Below, piece after piece: positions 14,453 through 27,695 of a stretch of 64,000 bases of DNA (its first letter is position 1; every line of letters starts with the position of its first letter). The stretch is taken from NCBI GenBank assembly GCA_012295275.1, contig CM022667.1, positions 7,750,001-7,814,000 of the forward strand, given 5' to 3'. The notes beneath the pieces are model-generated. The model did not search any database. It saw only the letters and a list, made by a program, of their open reading frames with translations, and had not been told where the DNA came from. The position numbers and the translations under genes are program-made. Origin of the DNA: Chrysomallon squamiferum. Lineage: Eukaryota; Animalia; Mollusca.

Positions 14453-15053
14453 AAAAACACTAATAATACTAAAATGTTAATTGTTTATTTTTAGTAACTG
14501 GATCGTTGATGATGTTGTGGTTGTTGTTATTGTTACTATTATTATTATTCAAAAGAAACAATTTAATCTTCATTTATTAAACAACTATGACAAAATAAAT
14601 AAGAATTTGAAAACAATTCTCTTTCAAATTGATTTGATATAATTTAACTTTCTTTCACACAAGATGAAAATAAAAATGATGACAGAATAATATCTATATA
14701 TCTATATATTCTAAATAAAACTATAACATTATATTCTGTCTTTAGAGATCTAAAAAAAATTGTTTTAAAGGTACTGATATTAAAAAAATTCATGTTCATA
14801 AATGTTTCACAAACATTTTTTTATTATGGATCAGAAAATCAATAACTTATTGTAATCAGAATATCTGATTTGATTTTATCTTACGGCAATAAAAATAAAA
14901 TAAATATATGAATAATTAAATAATCTAGTAAGTAGGTAAGTAAGTAAGTTAGTAAATAAATAAAATAAATATATAAATAATTAAGCAAGTAAGTAAAATA
15001 ACTAAATCAGTTGTGGTAGTAGAAATAGCAGCAGCAACAATAACAATAATAAC

Positions 15054-15646
<593 letters not shown>

Positions 15647-16084
15647 GCAACAATAACAATAGCAATAAAAGTAATAGTGTTAGTAATAATAATAAAAATA
15701 ACTACAAATAGCGTGTAGCTGTTTAGAGTAGTATATTTAGTCACAACCAAAATTTGTTGATTAATTCAGTTCTGCAACATTTTAATTAAAACAATGACAT
15801 AGGTTATGTACAAAAATAAATAATTTAAATGTTTAAAAATAAGATTAACCAAAAAATTTCTCAGTCTGAATTAGGATATTTTGCCAAAAATTTCAAATAC
15901 TCGACAAAATAAAATAATATCACTGACATTAAATTTCATATTATATTTTAATCATGTGATAGAAGAGATGTTTTTGTAAAATAATTATGGTGACAAAATT
16001 AAAAACAAATATTTATTACAAATTTTTGTTTAAATTAAAATTTACAAAGTCTGTTTGAAATGATATTGATTCAGTATTTCGCTT

Positions 16085-16115
<31 letters not shown>

Positions 16116-16493
16116 TTTTATATTCTTTGTATTTATTTCATCCGTATTTCCTTCTTCGTTTGATTTTTTTTAACGTTTTCGTTTTTTTGTTTTTCCTTCT
16201 TTTATTTGCTTTTCTTTATTTTTAATTGTTTCCCTCTCTCATTTTTTGTTTTCATATAATTTCTTTCTTTTGTTTCTTATTATTTAAAAAAAAATATTTT
16301 TATTTCTGATATAAATAAAGGTCTAATGTTTCCTTACACTCTTTCGGTGATACGCTAGAAAATTAGTTTTATTTAAATATGGAATTTTTATCTTCCATAA
16401 TAAAATATGAATTCAGATAAAATTTTATAAATTAATTTTTTGCAAAAAACCATTATCATTGTAAAATTAATGCTTACACTACTATTATTATTA

Positions 16494-16579
<86 letters not shown>

Positions 16580-16904
16580 GCTGTTCTTGACGCTGCTGTT
16601 GAGTTAATTGTCTACTTAAATGTCACGCGATGACTTGTAGAGTGAAACTTGTTTAAATACAAATAAATGTTATAGTCATATTTCCTAACATCATAATTAC
16701 AGACAGATATCAAAAATTCATGGAAGGAAGAATTCATTATTAGTATTAGTGTTAGTATTTAGAATTTGATCACAAGAAATAAACATAAATTCAACATTAT
16801 TTTCTGTCTCTACGTATATATTATGTAAAGAAATACACACACAAAAATGTGCCTACACGTACGTGCTGGTAATATTATGTAAATATAAACAGTAAATTAC
16901 TTAC

Positions 16905-16964
16905 ATGAGGTTTGGTTCTGTGGGCTCGGCTGGGGGGTCCAGGCTGTTTTTGCATATGATGGAT
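16905..16964 (-). CDS. ERG: Gene A internal exon (60 nt, phase 1-1): (D)PSYAKTAWTPQPSPQNQTS(Y)
   Basis: atttcctttcaag|ATCCATCA...ACCTCAT|gtaagta. Open frame, resembles the ERG/FLI 'D.SY....AW' segment and gene C exon 62922-62966. Confidence 0.88.
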
Positions 16965-17064
16965 CTTGAAAGGAAATAAAAATAATTTATAGAAAAATAA
17001 TTTTATATCACATTATAAATAGTAAATAATTAAAAAATATATATATATAGTCAGAAAGACACAC

Positions 17065-17162
<98 letters not shown>

Positions 17163-17858
17163 AACTTAAAATTCACAGAATGCAGAGAGATTATTAATGT
17201 AGTGAAAAAGAGAAAACGAGATTAACTGACGGATGAAAAATGATTTTATCGGATTTATCCAAAAACTATTATAACATTACATAAAGACTGTTTATAAATC
17301 TCGGGAAGGAAATTAAAATTAAAAATACAAGAGAAATTTGTTAAAATATTCCGGTATATTAATATCATCCTCTGTGTTTGATTATTACAAAATAATAATA
17401 ATAACTGTAATAATAAAATAATAACAAAATAATAAAATAAGTTTTTAGAAAAATGTCAGTAAAATGTTTATCTTGAATTGTCCGTGGAAAGTTATTTTAA
17501 CTGCGATTCACTATAAACCGAGCAAAAATTATTAAATTCAACAATATAAATTATTTTTCTAGACAGCGTTTTCATTTAATTTATTTAGCCTGCAGTTATA
17601 TTAAATAAACAATTTAATTTCAGTTAAATAAAAGATAAATTATTATTTTAAATTAATTTTTTCGACATCTTCGGATTACAAATTGAAGAGATAATGAAGC
17701 AAACTCGTTGTCATTTGATGCGCTGTGGAATTTATTCCATTCAGACACGGAAGGAACCACGGCTATTTGGGGAAAAAAAGAAAAAAAAACATAGCGGTAG
17801 TGGTCTCCGTGGAAACACCGGTTTGGGCGAACTGAATACCTCCAAGTGCGGAACCTAC

Positions 17859-17931
17859 CCGGAAACACCATTCCCGGCAAAGAGCCGAATGTACAAGGCC
17901 TGTAATAGTCCTGTTGCTTCAAGCTCTGCAT
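17859..17931 (-). CDS. ERG: Gene A putative first coding exon: MQSLKQQDYYRPCTFGSLPGMVFP(D)
   Basis: ATG in aaaacgaagATG context. 24 codons + 1 nt, then donor CCGG|gtaggt. Phase 1 matches the 60-nt exon and gives a continuous 251-aa ORF. Lies in a CpG-rich island with CCAAT boxes upstream. Confidence 0.68.
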
Positions 17932-18129
17932 CTTCGTTTTGGAAATCCGGTAGCGACAAACTCCTCAAACACTGTTGATTGTTCTTATGTATTTAATTAT
18001 TCTCCTTCCAAGCCGGTTTCCGAAAAGCGCGAAGTGCAATTTCCCGGCGGAACCGAAACTCCTCCTCAGTACCGGTTACAAGAAAATCTTGTTGGAAATA
18101 AGGGAGGAAACCTCGAAGCAGAGATTTTA

Positions 18130-18400
18130 AGTGAGTTCCGAAACGCCTCGCTATAGGGCTAGCAGCTCCTCATTGATTTATCTCCGCCGACATTTTCACT
18201 GAAGTCATGTTTAATGAAAACGCAGTCACCGCGGCCAATCACAGCGCCAATTACACACAGCGCTGTCGTCATTGGGCGAACGCGTCCGCAGACGCCATTG
18301 TTGCTACGCCTTCCCGAGGACGCGTTGTCAAGGAGACGGGGTTTCGTGCACGTGCGGTCGTGTTTACAACCGTCCGAATCGACAGTTTCCTTAAAAGTGT
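18130..18400 (-). promoter_or_regulatory. Candidate promoter of gene A (CpG-rich, CCAAT cluster)
   Basis: GC/CpG-rich block directly upstream of the putative first exon, with GGCCAATCA (~18233), GCCAATTA (~18246) and CATTGG (~18270). Confidence 0.45.
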
Positions 18401-21400
18401 TATCTTATTGTGAAAAAAAAAAGAGAATGTCTTTATATTTTTGTAAAAGATGAGTTTTTCACAAATAATAATATTTTTTTTTATTTCACGTATTAAATTT
18501 GTTACGTGTTGATTTTTAATTAAGCTGTTTAAATGGGGGGTTTTCTTGCAGAGGTTTTTCCGGGAGGGTTAACATCATAATTGTCATCATAATTATCATT
18601 TAATATTATTAACATTAAGAGAGAGAGAGAGAGAGAGCAGTTAATTATTAAATGAACAGCAATAACAATAACAACAACAACAATCATCATCATAATCCTA
18701 ATCATCACATTTTATTATTATCATCATCATCATCTTAACTACAACGATACTGTATTTTTCATTTCAGATCAATAATACTTCGTGATCTAACTTTATTAGT
18801 ACTTACTGATTTGATTTAAATGTAAATATATGACATAAATAAAATCAAATTACCCTGTTCTAACAGTGATCAAGTTTCAACATTAACGTTGATGTAAAGA
18901 TAATAAAAAGATATAAAAACAAAAACAGTTAAATTTGAAAGCCTACTGACCTTTTAATACACTAACAATAAAATAAAATAAAATAAAATAAAATAAAATA
19001 AAACAAAAAATACAAAAAATAAAACAAAATAAAATAAAACAAACTTTTTGAAATAACAATAAGAATAAAAAAATAATAAAGCAAAGCAAAATAAACAAAA
19101 CAAAATGAAACAACAAAAATAAAACTGAACAGAACAAAACAAAAAAACAAAATAAAATAAAATAAAGCAAAACGAAACAAAATAAAACTGTACATCATAA
19201 ACACACAGTTAAACACAGATTACCTACATACACTCTCTCTCTGTGCCTAGATATGTAAACTTCTTTGTGTTACGAACAGATCATCAAATGAATCAAATAC
19301 AACAATAAATTCTGGCCTGTTACGGAGAAGTTTTAATTGTACTTTAACGGTATAATTATACTATAACGGTATAGCGGTGATGACGTAACAGAATTAACAT
19401 AACAGTGATTTCAGTTAAACGACATTACAATTGTGCAGCTCTGTGTGTTTAATTGTTTTGTTTGCTGACTAAACACAATTAGCCCTGACTGGTCACTCTC
19501 GGACAATCCACAGTTCTGTAATGACCGCTGGTCTGTATTCTGATGGTGGAAGTAACGACATGACGTCATAGACAGTCAGCGGGTAATAATAATAACTGTT
19601 AAAGGAGTGTTGTGTTTCCATGGAGATTTTGTTCTGTTATTATCTCGTTATTCTGGTTAATTTCTGAACTAAATCTGATGGTTTTCGATATTCACGATAA
19701 AACAAAACTGATTTAGAAGTAAAACCGAGAGAAGATTTTCGAAGCTGTTCATGGTGTTAAATTTTCTTTTATTATCGAGGAAATGTTTTAATTTTTTTTA
19801 ATTTCCTTTCAGGTGACGTCAATTTGCTAACGTGAACATTCGATTCATGTGTATAGCGAAAAATAGCGAAAAAAAAAAAAAAAAATAAAATAAAATCAGT
19901 TTCAAAAAAGGAAACAAAAAATAAATAAAAAAAGAAAGAACGAAACATTATGAATTTTTTAAAGTTACGTGATACTATTTTTTTTCAAAAAAAAAAAAAA
20001 AAAAAAAAAAGATTTTTAGAAATGGAATTTAAATATATATATATATATATTACTATCCAGCTTTGTTTTACGCGCAGTTACATATAGCAACATCTTCCTG
20101 TCTTTAAACATTGACAGCAAAACTGAATTGAATGTAAATCTTAAAAGCAATTAAGGGTATTAAAACGAAAGAAAATTATTTTTTTTAAAATAACAGGCTG
20201 AAAAAGATTTTAAATGTATATTAGTTTGTCATAATAATTATCTTTTTGATTTCAAGGGAATAATGTTTTAATAATAACAATAATTCTGTCTTAATTCTGA
20301 ATATCTCTTGTTTAACCTTTCTGCCTATCTATCACTCTTTCTTTCTTTCTGTCTTTCTTTCTATCTATCTATCTATTATCTAACTATCTATTTATCTATC
20401 TATCTATCTATCTATCTGAGTGTCAGTCTGTCTGTCTATCTATCTATCTACCTACTTTCTATCTGTCTATCTTTCTTTCTGTCTGTCTGTCTGTCTGTCT
20501 GTCTGCCTGCCTATCTGTCTAGCTAGCTTCTTTGTTGTTTATTTGTCTGGTAGGTTAATGTAGATTTGTGAATGTAGATTTACACATTTTACATAAAACT
20601 TTAAATATTTTTAACACATATTTTAAACACAAAGTTATTCATCAAACAGAAGTGATGAATCTAAATCTGAATATTGTATTTTTATATTTAGAAATTACAG
20701 AAATTAATTTTATTATCTAATATTATTCTTAGTGGAAAAAATTCACATACGAGATAGGTTCCTTATTGATAGATAAATACTTGATATATATACTTGATAA
20801 TACATACTTGATATGTATAAATTTGATATCTATATGCTTGACAGGTAATCGAAATATATACATAAATAAAAAAAAGATTATTATTAGTAATGGAATTTTG
20901 ATACCAATAAAAAAAAAAATTCCACTTTACGGCAAATTTGTTAGACTTATTTTTTTCTTTCTTTTCGCTATGTCGCAATTTCAATTTACAAAGACACGAA
21001 ATTTGTCTTTTTCTCTTTTATTCTCACATCTACAACAGCGATGGACACGTCAGCATTTCTTAAACGAGTTGCGAGTCGCCGCGACAAGTGACATCAACGT
21101 AGATGACGACTTTCTTTTGATACCATCAGTGATGACAACGACGTTTCTTAATCAACTTGTGCACATAATGAAGCTTTGTTGTAAATGAGAGAAACAGAGA
21201 TGTATGAGCCGCCTCACGCTGTCCTAATTAACGTGTCTTCCTCCAGCTCCACTGGCAGTCACAAGATGCGAGGCAGCCCGACTCTCTGATTTATAGTAAA
21301 ATGCTTTTAACAAATTTCCGTTTCTTGCGTGTTTCAGCCCTTCACAAGTAGCCAAGCAGAAAATATATTCCGCGCCATTAATTACCATCATCGTTAAACT

Positions 21401-21449
21401 CGCTTGTCTTTGACTGTAATTAGACATTATACATCTTCTTAGAGTCGAT

Positions 21450-22340
21450 TCTTTACTTATGTTTTATTACGTTCTCTCAGTTTTGAATCTATGTCGGTTT
21501 CTTTACTTATGTTTTATTACGTTCTCTCAGTTTTGAATCTATGTCGGTATCGTTTCTTTACTTATGTTTTATTACGTTCTCTCAGTTTTGAATCTATGTC
21601 GGTATCGTTTCTTTACTTATGTTTTATTACGTTCTCTCAGTTTTGTATCTATGTCGGTTTCTTTACTTATGTTTTATTACGTTCTCTCAGTTTTGAATCT
21701 ATGTCGGTTTCTTTACTTATGTTTTATTACGTTCTCTCAGTTTTGAATCTATGTCGGTATCGTTTCTTTACTTATGTTTTATTAAGTTCTCTCAGTTTTG
21801 AATCTATGTCGGTATCGTTTCTTTACTTATGTTTTATTACGTTCTCTCAGTTTTGTATCTATGTCGGTATCGTTTCTTTACTTATGTTTTATTACGTTTC
21901 TCTCAGTTTTGAATCTATGTCGGTATCGTTTCTTTACTTATGTTTTATTACGTTCTCTCAGTTTTGAATCTATGTCGGTATTATGTTTTTTACGTTCTCT
22001 CAGTTTTGAATCTATGTCGGTATCGTTTCTTTACTTATGTTTTATTACGTTCTCTCAGTTTTGAATCTATGTCGGTTTCTTTACTTATGTTTTATTACGT
22101 TCTCTCAGTTTTGAATCTATGTCGGTATCGTTTCTTTACTTATGTTTTATTACGTTCTCTCAGTTTTGAATCTATGTCGGTATCGTTTCTTTACTTATGT
22201 TTTATTACGTTCTCTCTCAGTTTTGAATCTATGTCGGTATCGTTTCTTTACTTATGTTTTATTACGTTCTCTCTCAGTTTTGAATCTATGTCGGTATCGT
22301 TTCTTTACTTATGTTTTATTACGTTCTCTCTCTATGTCGG
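21450..22340. repeat. Minisatellite, 51-bp unit with 46-bp variant, about 18 copies
   Basis: Unit ttctttacttatgttttattacgttctctcagttttgaatctatgtcggt(atcgt), repeated head-to-tail. Confidence 0.95.
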
Positions 22341-23058
22341 TAGTTGGGTGATCTGTCCATTGTCCGTCTCTTTGTCTCTTCATGTATGCATGTGTGCGTG
22401 ACTGCGTGAGTGCGTGTCTGAGTTCAGAGTGTATGAATGTATGTATGTATGTATATTACTGTAATATTCACGATAAAAAATAACCAATAAACAAAAAGAA
22501 AAATAAACATAAATGAATATGCACTCACGCACGCGCTCACATGCATAGAGACATACACACACCCTCGAACGTACGTACACACATAATATATATATACACG
22601 TGTGTGTAAGTATGTATATTTTTAAATGCATACATACATACATACATATATACATGTATATACATACACCAATACGCGAATATGTATGTATGTTTGTATA
22701 TGTATGTATGTATGTGTGTGTGTGTTTGTGTGTGTGTCTGTGTGTTTGTGTCTGTGTGTTATTAATGTTTAAAAGACTGCAATGAAAAAACAAAATATAA
22801 AATAAGTTAATAAAACTTTTGAAGGTTTATTTCCTTCTTTTCACGTTGACTAAATTAATAATATTCGCGCACTGAAATTGATTTTAATTCAGTCGCTTTT
22901 AACAATAACTTCGTTCCGCGCCATTAATCTATGGATTAAGAAATTGCCGAGACCGAGGAGGGGACCCTTGATCCAGCAGTAATAAAAATACGAACAAAAC
23001 ACGTATTCAATAGCCACGTGCCGCATAACCAGATAGCATCTGCGCATGCGTTACTTAC

Positions 23059-23118
23059 AGTGACGTCGCGCGCGCTGGGTTCACTTGTCAATCAAGGCTG
23101 GTTTAGGGGCTCGTGGCC
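23059..23118 (-). other. Candidate 60-nt non-coding exon upstream of gene A
   Basis: cttttttcttctccgtctttcag|GGCCACGAG...GACGTCACT|gtaagta. Stop codons in all three frames. Confidence 0.45.
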
Positions 23119-23413
23119 CTGAAAGACGGAGAAGAAAAAAGATTTTTATCGCAAAAAAAAAAAATCATTTTATCGTGAAAAGAATGACAAAGATTGCAGA
23201 TCAATTGTAAAACTGTCCACGGTGACGTCGTAGTGACAGACATTTAGCACGTCGTGTTTGAACTGCTGTCGTAGTGACAGACATTCAGCGTTCGGAAAAA
23301 TTCTAATTATCCACTTATTTTTGTAGAAATATGACACAAATGAGAAATGATAAAAAGATAAAAATATAAATAATGAAAAATATAAAATGTTGTCAGATTA
23401 GGGTTGGTGAATA

Positions 23414-23465
<52 letters not shown>

Positions 23466-24369
23466 TTTATTTTTATTTTGGGGATGATGATGATGATGAT
23501 TATTATTATAATAAATGAATGAATGAACAAAAAATAAACCTTTTTTTATAATAATACAAAATATATTTACTAAATAAAATAAATAAATTTAAATTAATTT
23601 ATATTTTTAAAATTAAAATAAAAGGGAGATTTTTCCAAAATAAGAAGAAAAACTGAATAAGGAAACAATGAAACAAACAAACGAATAAACAAAAAGAAAA
23701 ATATAAATAAATAAATATTTAAGTAAGTAAATAAATAAGTAAATTAATTAAATTAAATTAAATTAAATTAAATTAAATTAAATTAAAAATTAAAAATTAA
23801 TATCTTGATCGGTAGATGTGACCTAAAATAAACAGGTTGTTTGTATATTTACATTTTTTTTCGTTTGGAAGCAGTAAAAAAGACAACAACAAGTTTATTT
23901 TACACTCAGTGTTTCTCACTCTGCCATTTCCCTGTGATATCCTGCAATATCCGCCAGTCACTGGTTTTCCTTCCACGTTACGCTACCGCGCGCGCAGTTT
24001 AGCGCGATTACAGTGGAGGATATAAACACTTCTCTTAGCGGTAATTTGATATCTCGACAGACAACTGAAATGCGCGGACACGCAAACCTCCACCTTGTAG
24101 GGTAATCTGCTGGACAATTCCACTGAAAACACTTCAACGTCCGACGTCGTGACTGCCAGAGATGCTGGTGTAAATTCAGCCAAATTATCACATTTGCTCG
24201 CTTGCAAGGACGAAGTGGAATGATTCGTTTCGCTGGTTCGCTCTGAGTTCGAGTCGCTGCGCTGACAGTGAGCGGAGAGGGGCGCGAGATTTTCTCTTTA
24301 TTTAGTGCGTGAGCAGCTCCTTCGTCATCATCGTCACCCGGGTGGACGAACGTTGACGCTGTCAGCGCC

Positions 24370-25225
24370 GAGCACGTTACAATCTTCTCGCAAAACACAC
24401 AAACTCATTCTGTAAAGAAAAGAGGCGAAAGTTTTAAACTGTACGCTACAAATCTTTGTAGTCAACAATCAGTTAAAATATAATATGCAAAGAAATTTTA
24501 TTAAAAAAATAATAATAATTTTATTAACACGTTACAAAACATTCTCCTGTTAAATACGAAAGACATAAAAAGATTTCGCAAAAAGAAATATGCGAAATGT
24601 TAATATGAACGTTACAATTTTGCTCTATTTAATAATTTTTTAGAAACTCGCAAAATATTTTGTGAAATATGTAACATTACAATTTTTATCTAATGAACAA
24701 CTTATTACGAAATGACATAATGTTAATAAATATGGGTTTATTATGCACGTTACAAAGAGTTAATTACAAAACATGCAGACTTTATGTAAACAATAAATGC
24801 GAATGTTTTCTTTGCACGTTACAAATTGTTTAGTTTTTAATTATAAAACATACAAAAACATTTTGTAAACGATAAATACGAATGTTTATTATACAGTTAC
24901 AAATTGTTTTCAGATTCATTATGAAATATGCGAAAACACAGTATCAATAAAATATGCGAAGACTTGACCTTGTTATTTACAGATTGTTTTCATATTAACA
25001 AAACACCATCACCAAAATATAACTGTTCTCAAGAAAAATGCCAAGTGTTTACAAAACACGTGAAAACATACTGTTAATAAAATATGCATGTGTAACCCGA
25101 GCGTTACAAATGTTTTACAACACACGTGAGGAGATACTGTTAACAAAATATGCAAAGTGTGAAACCCGTGCGTTACAAATGTTTTACAACACACGTGAGG
25201 AGATACTGTTAACAAAATACGCGAG
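24370..25225. repeat. Degenerate ~69-80-bp tandem repeat (CGTTACAAA-anchored)
   Basis: Near-identical copies at 25102 and 25171 (69-bp period). The cgttacaa motif recurs leftwards with decaying similarity. Confidence 0.7.
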
Positions 25226-25989
25226 TGTTGCGCTCTCTCTCTGTCTGACTGGCTCGTTGTTTTAGCTGTTCAATAAAAACACGCTGAGATTTTATTTCTT
25301 TTTTTATTACTAATTTGTGTTTTACTGCCGTGTTCAGAAACACTATCAAATAACTGAACGATTCCATTGTTGTTTTTTTACTCTATAAAAAAAAAAAAAG
25401 AGCTAATAAATGTGTCTTCTTTGTTTGAATGTAGTAAGTGTGGTTATATTATTGTATTATGTATTTCATGTGTGTGTGTGTGTGTGCGTATGTGCGTGTT
25501 TGGGTGTTTGTCGGGTTTTCTTATTTAGTTCAATTACATTAACTGTATTTTAAATAGTTGCTTCTGTTAAATCATTCATACATATACATAATTATTTAAT
25601 TTTTGAAATGAATATATAAATGTATGTATACATCATGGTTTGTTTTTATGGTTGTCTCTTTAGATACGTTAGTAAATAAAAGAAGGTAAAAATATTTTTT
25701 TGACCGTTTATTTTCATCTTTTTAAAAAAAAATTAAAAAACATCTGTAAAAAAAATAAATTATTAAAGAAAAGAAACAACGATTATTCGTTAACTTCAGC
25801 ATTATCATCCTCGTCAAGGTTTTAATTGTTGTTGTTGTTGCTGTTTTCTTCATCTTCTTCTTCTTCTTATTATTACTGTTATTGTTGTTATTATTGTTTT
25901 GTAGTTGGTGTTGTTGTTGATATTATTAGTATGTAAAAAGTGTCTATAATTCTAAACTTGTATCTACAGTATTTGAACTTTTATCCTGG

Positions 25990-27695
25990 TAATGATAAAG
26001 TTGTATTTGTGTAATGATAAAATTGTATCTGTGTAATGATAAAGTTGTATCTGTATAATGATAAAGTTGTATCTGTGTAATGATAAAATTGTATCTTCAA
26101 TAATAAAGTTGTATTTGTGTAATGATAAAGTTGTATCTGTGTAATGATAAAGTTGTATTTGTGTAATGATAAAGTTGTATCTGTGTTATGATAAAGTTGT
26201 ATCTGTATAATGATAAAGTTGTATCTGTGTAATGATAAAATTGTATCTTCAATAATAAAGTTATATCTGTGTAATGATAAAGTTGTATCTGTGTTATGAT
26301 AAAGTTGTATCTGTGTAATGATAAAGTTGTATCTGTGTAATGATAAAGTTGTATCTGTGTTATGATAAAGTTGTATCTGTGTTATGATAAAGTTGTATCT
26401 GTGTAATGATAAAGTTGTATCTGTGTTATGATAAAGTTGTATCTGTGTAATGATAAAGTTGTATCTGTGTAATGATAAAGTTGTATCTGTGTTATGATAA
26501 AGTTGTATCTGTATAATGATAAAGTTGTATCTGTGTAATGATAAAATTGTATCTTCAATAATAAAGTTATATCTGTGTAATGATAAAGTTGTATTTGTGT
26601 AATGATAAAGTTGTATTTGTGTAATGATAAAGTTGTATCTGTGTAATGATAAAATTGTATCTTCAATAATAAAGTTATATCTGTGTTATGATAAAGTTGT
26701 ATCTGTATAATGATAAAGTTGTATCTGTGTAATGATAAAATTGTATCTTCAATAATAAAGTTGTATCTGTGTAATGATAAAGTTGTATTTGTGTAATGAT
26801 AAAGTTGTATCTGTGTTATGATAAAGTTGTATCTGTATAATGATAAAGTTGTATCTGTGTAATGATAAAATTGTATCTTCAATAATAAAGTTATATCTGT
26901 GTAATGATAAAGTTGTATCTGTGTTATGATAAAGTTGTATCTGTGTAATGATAAAGTTGTATCTGTGTAATGATAAAGTTGTATCTGTGTTATGATAAAG
27001 TTGTATCTGTGTAATGATAAAGTTGTATCTGTGTTATGATAAAGTTGTATCTGTGTAATGATAAAGTTGTATCTGTGTAATGATAAAGTTGTATCTGTGT
27101 TATGATAAAGTTGTATCTGTATAATGATAAAGTTGTATCTGTGTAATGATAAAATTGTATCTTCAATAATAAAGTTATATCTGTGTAATGATAAAGTTGT
27201 ATCTGTGTTATGATAAAGTTGTATCTGTGTAATGATAAAGTTGTATCTGTGTAATGATAAAGTTGTATCTGTGTTATGATAAAGTTGTATCTGTGTTATG
27301 ATAAAGTTGTATCTGTGTAATGATAAAGTTGTATCTGTGTTATGATAAAGTTGTATCTGTGTAATGATAAAGTTGTATCTGTGTAATGATAAAGTTGTAT
27401 CTGTGTAATGATAAAGTTGTATCTGTGTTATGATAAAGTTGTATCTGTGTTATGATAAAGTTGTATCTGTGTAATGATAAAGTTGTATCTGTGTAATGAT
27501 AAAGTTGTATCTGTGTAATGATAAAGTTGTATCTGGGTACTAATAAAGTTGTATCTGTGTAATGATAAAGCTGTATCTGTGTAATGATAAAGTTATATCT
27601 GTGTTATGATAAAGTTGTATCTGTGTTATGATAAAGTTGTATCTGGGTACTGATAAAGTTGTATCTGGGTACTGATAAAGTTGTATCTGGGTACT
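25990..27695. repeat. Minisatellite, 22-bp unit AATGATAAAGTTGTATCTGTGT, roughly 75-80 copies
   Basis: Head-to-tail copies with recurring variants (..TGTTATG.., ..GTATAATG.., 20-bp ..ATCTTC-AATAATAAAG, terminal ..CTGGGTACTG..). Confidence 0.97.

Noticed and set aside
21450-22340. CRISPR-like appearance of this array and of 30510-31145
   Set aside because: Eukaryotic context, no cas genes, and no unique spacers; inter-repeat sequences are variants of one unit.
23958-24398. 146-aa minus-strand ORF as a possible N-terminal/PNT exon of gene A
   Set aside because: No PNT tryptophan pattern or ERG-like motif, non-ATG start, and no convincing phase-1 donor.
26382-26882. 166-aa repetitive ORF
   Set aside because: Frame-cycling translation of the 22-bp minisatellite.
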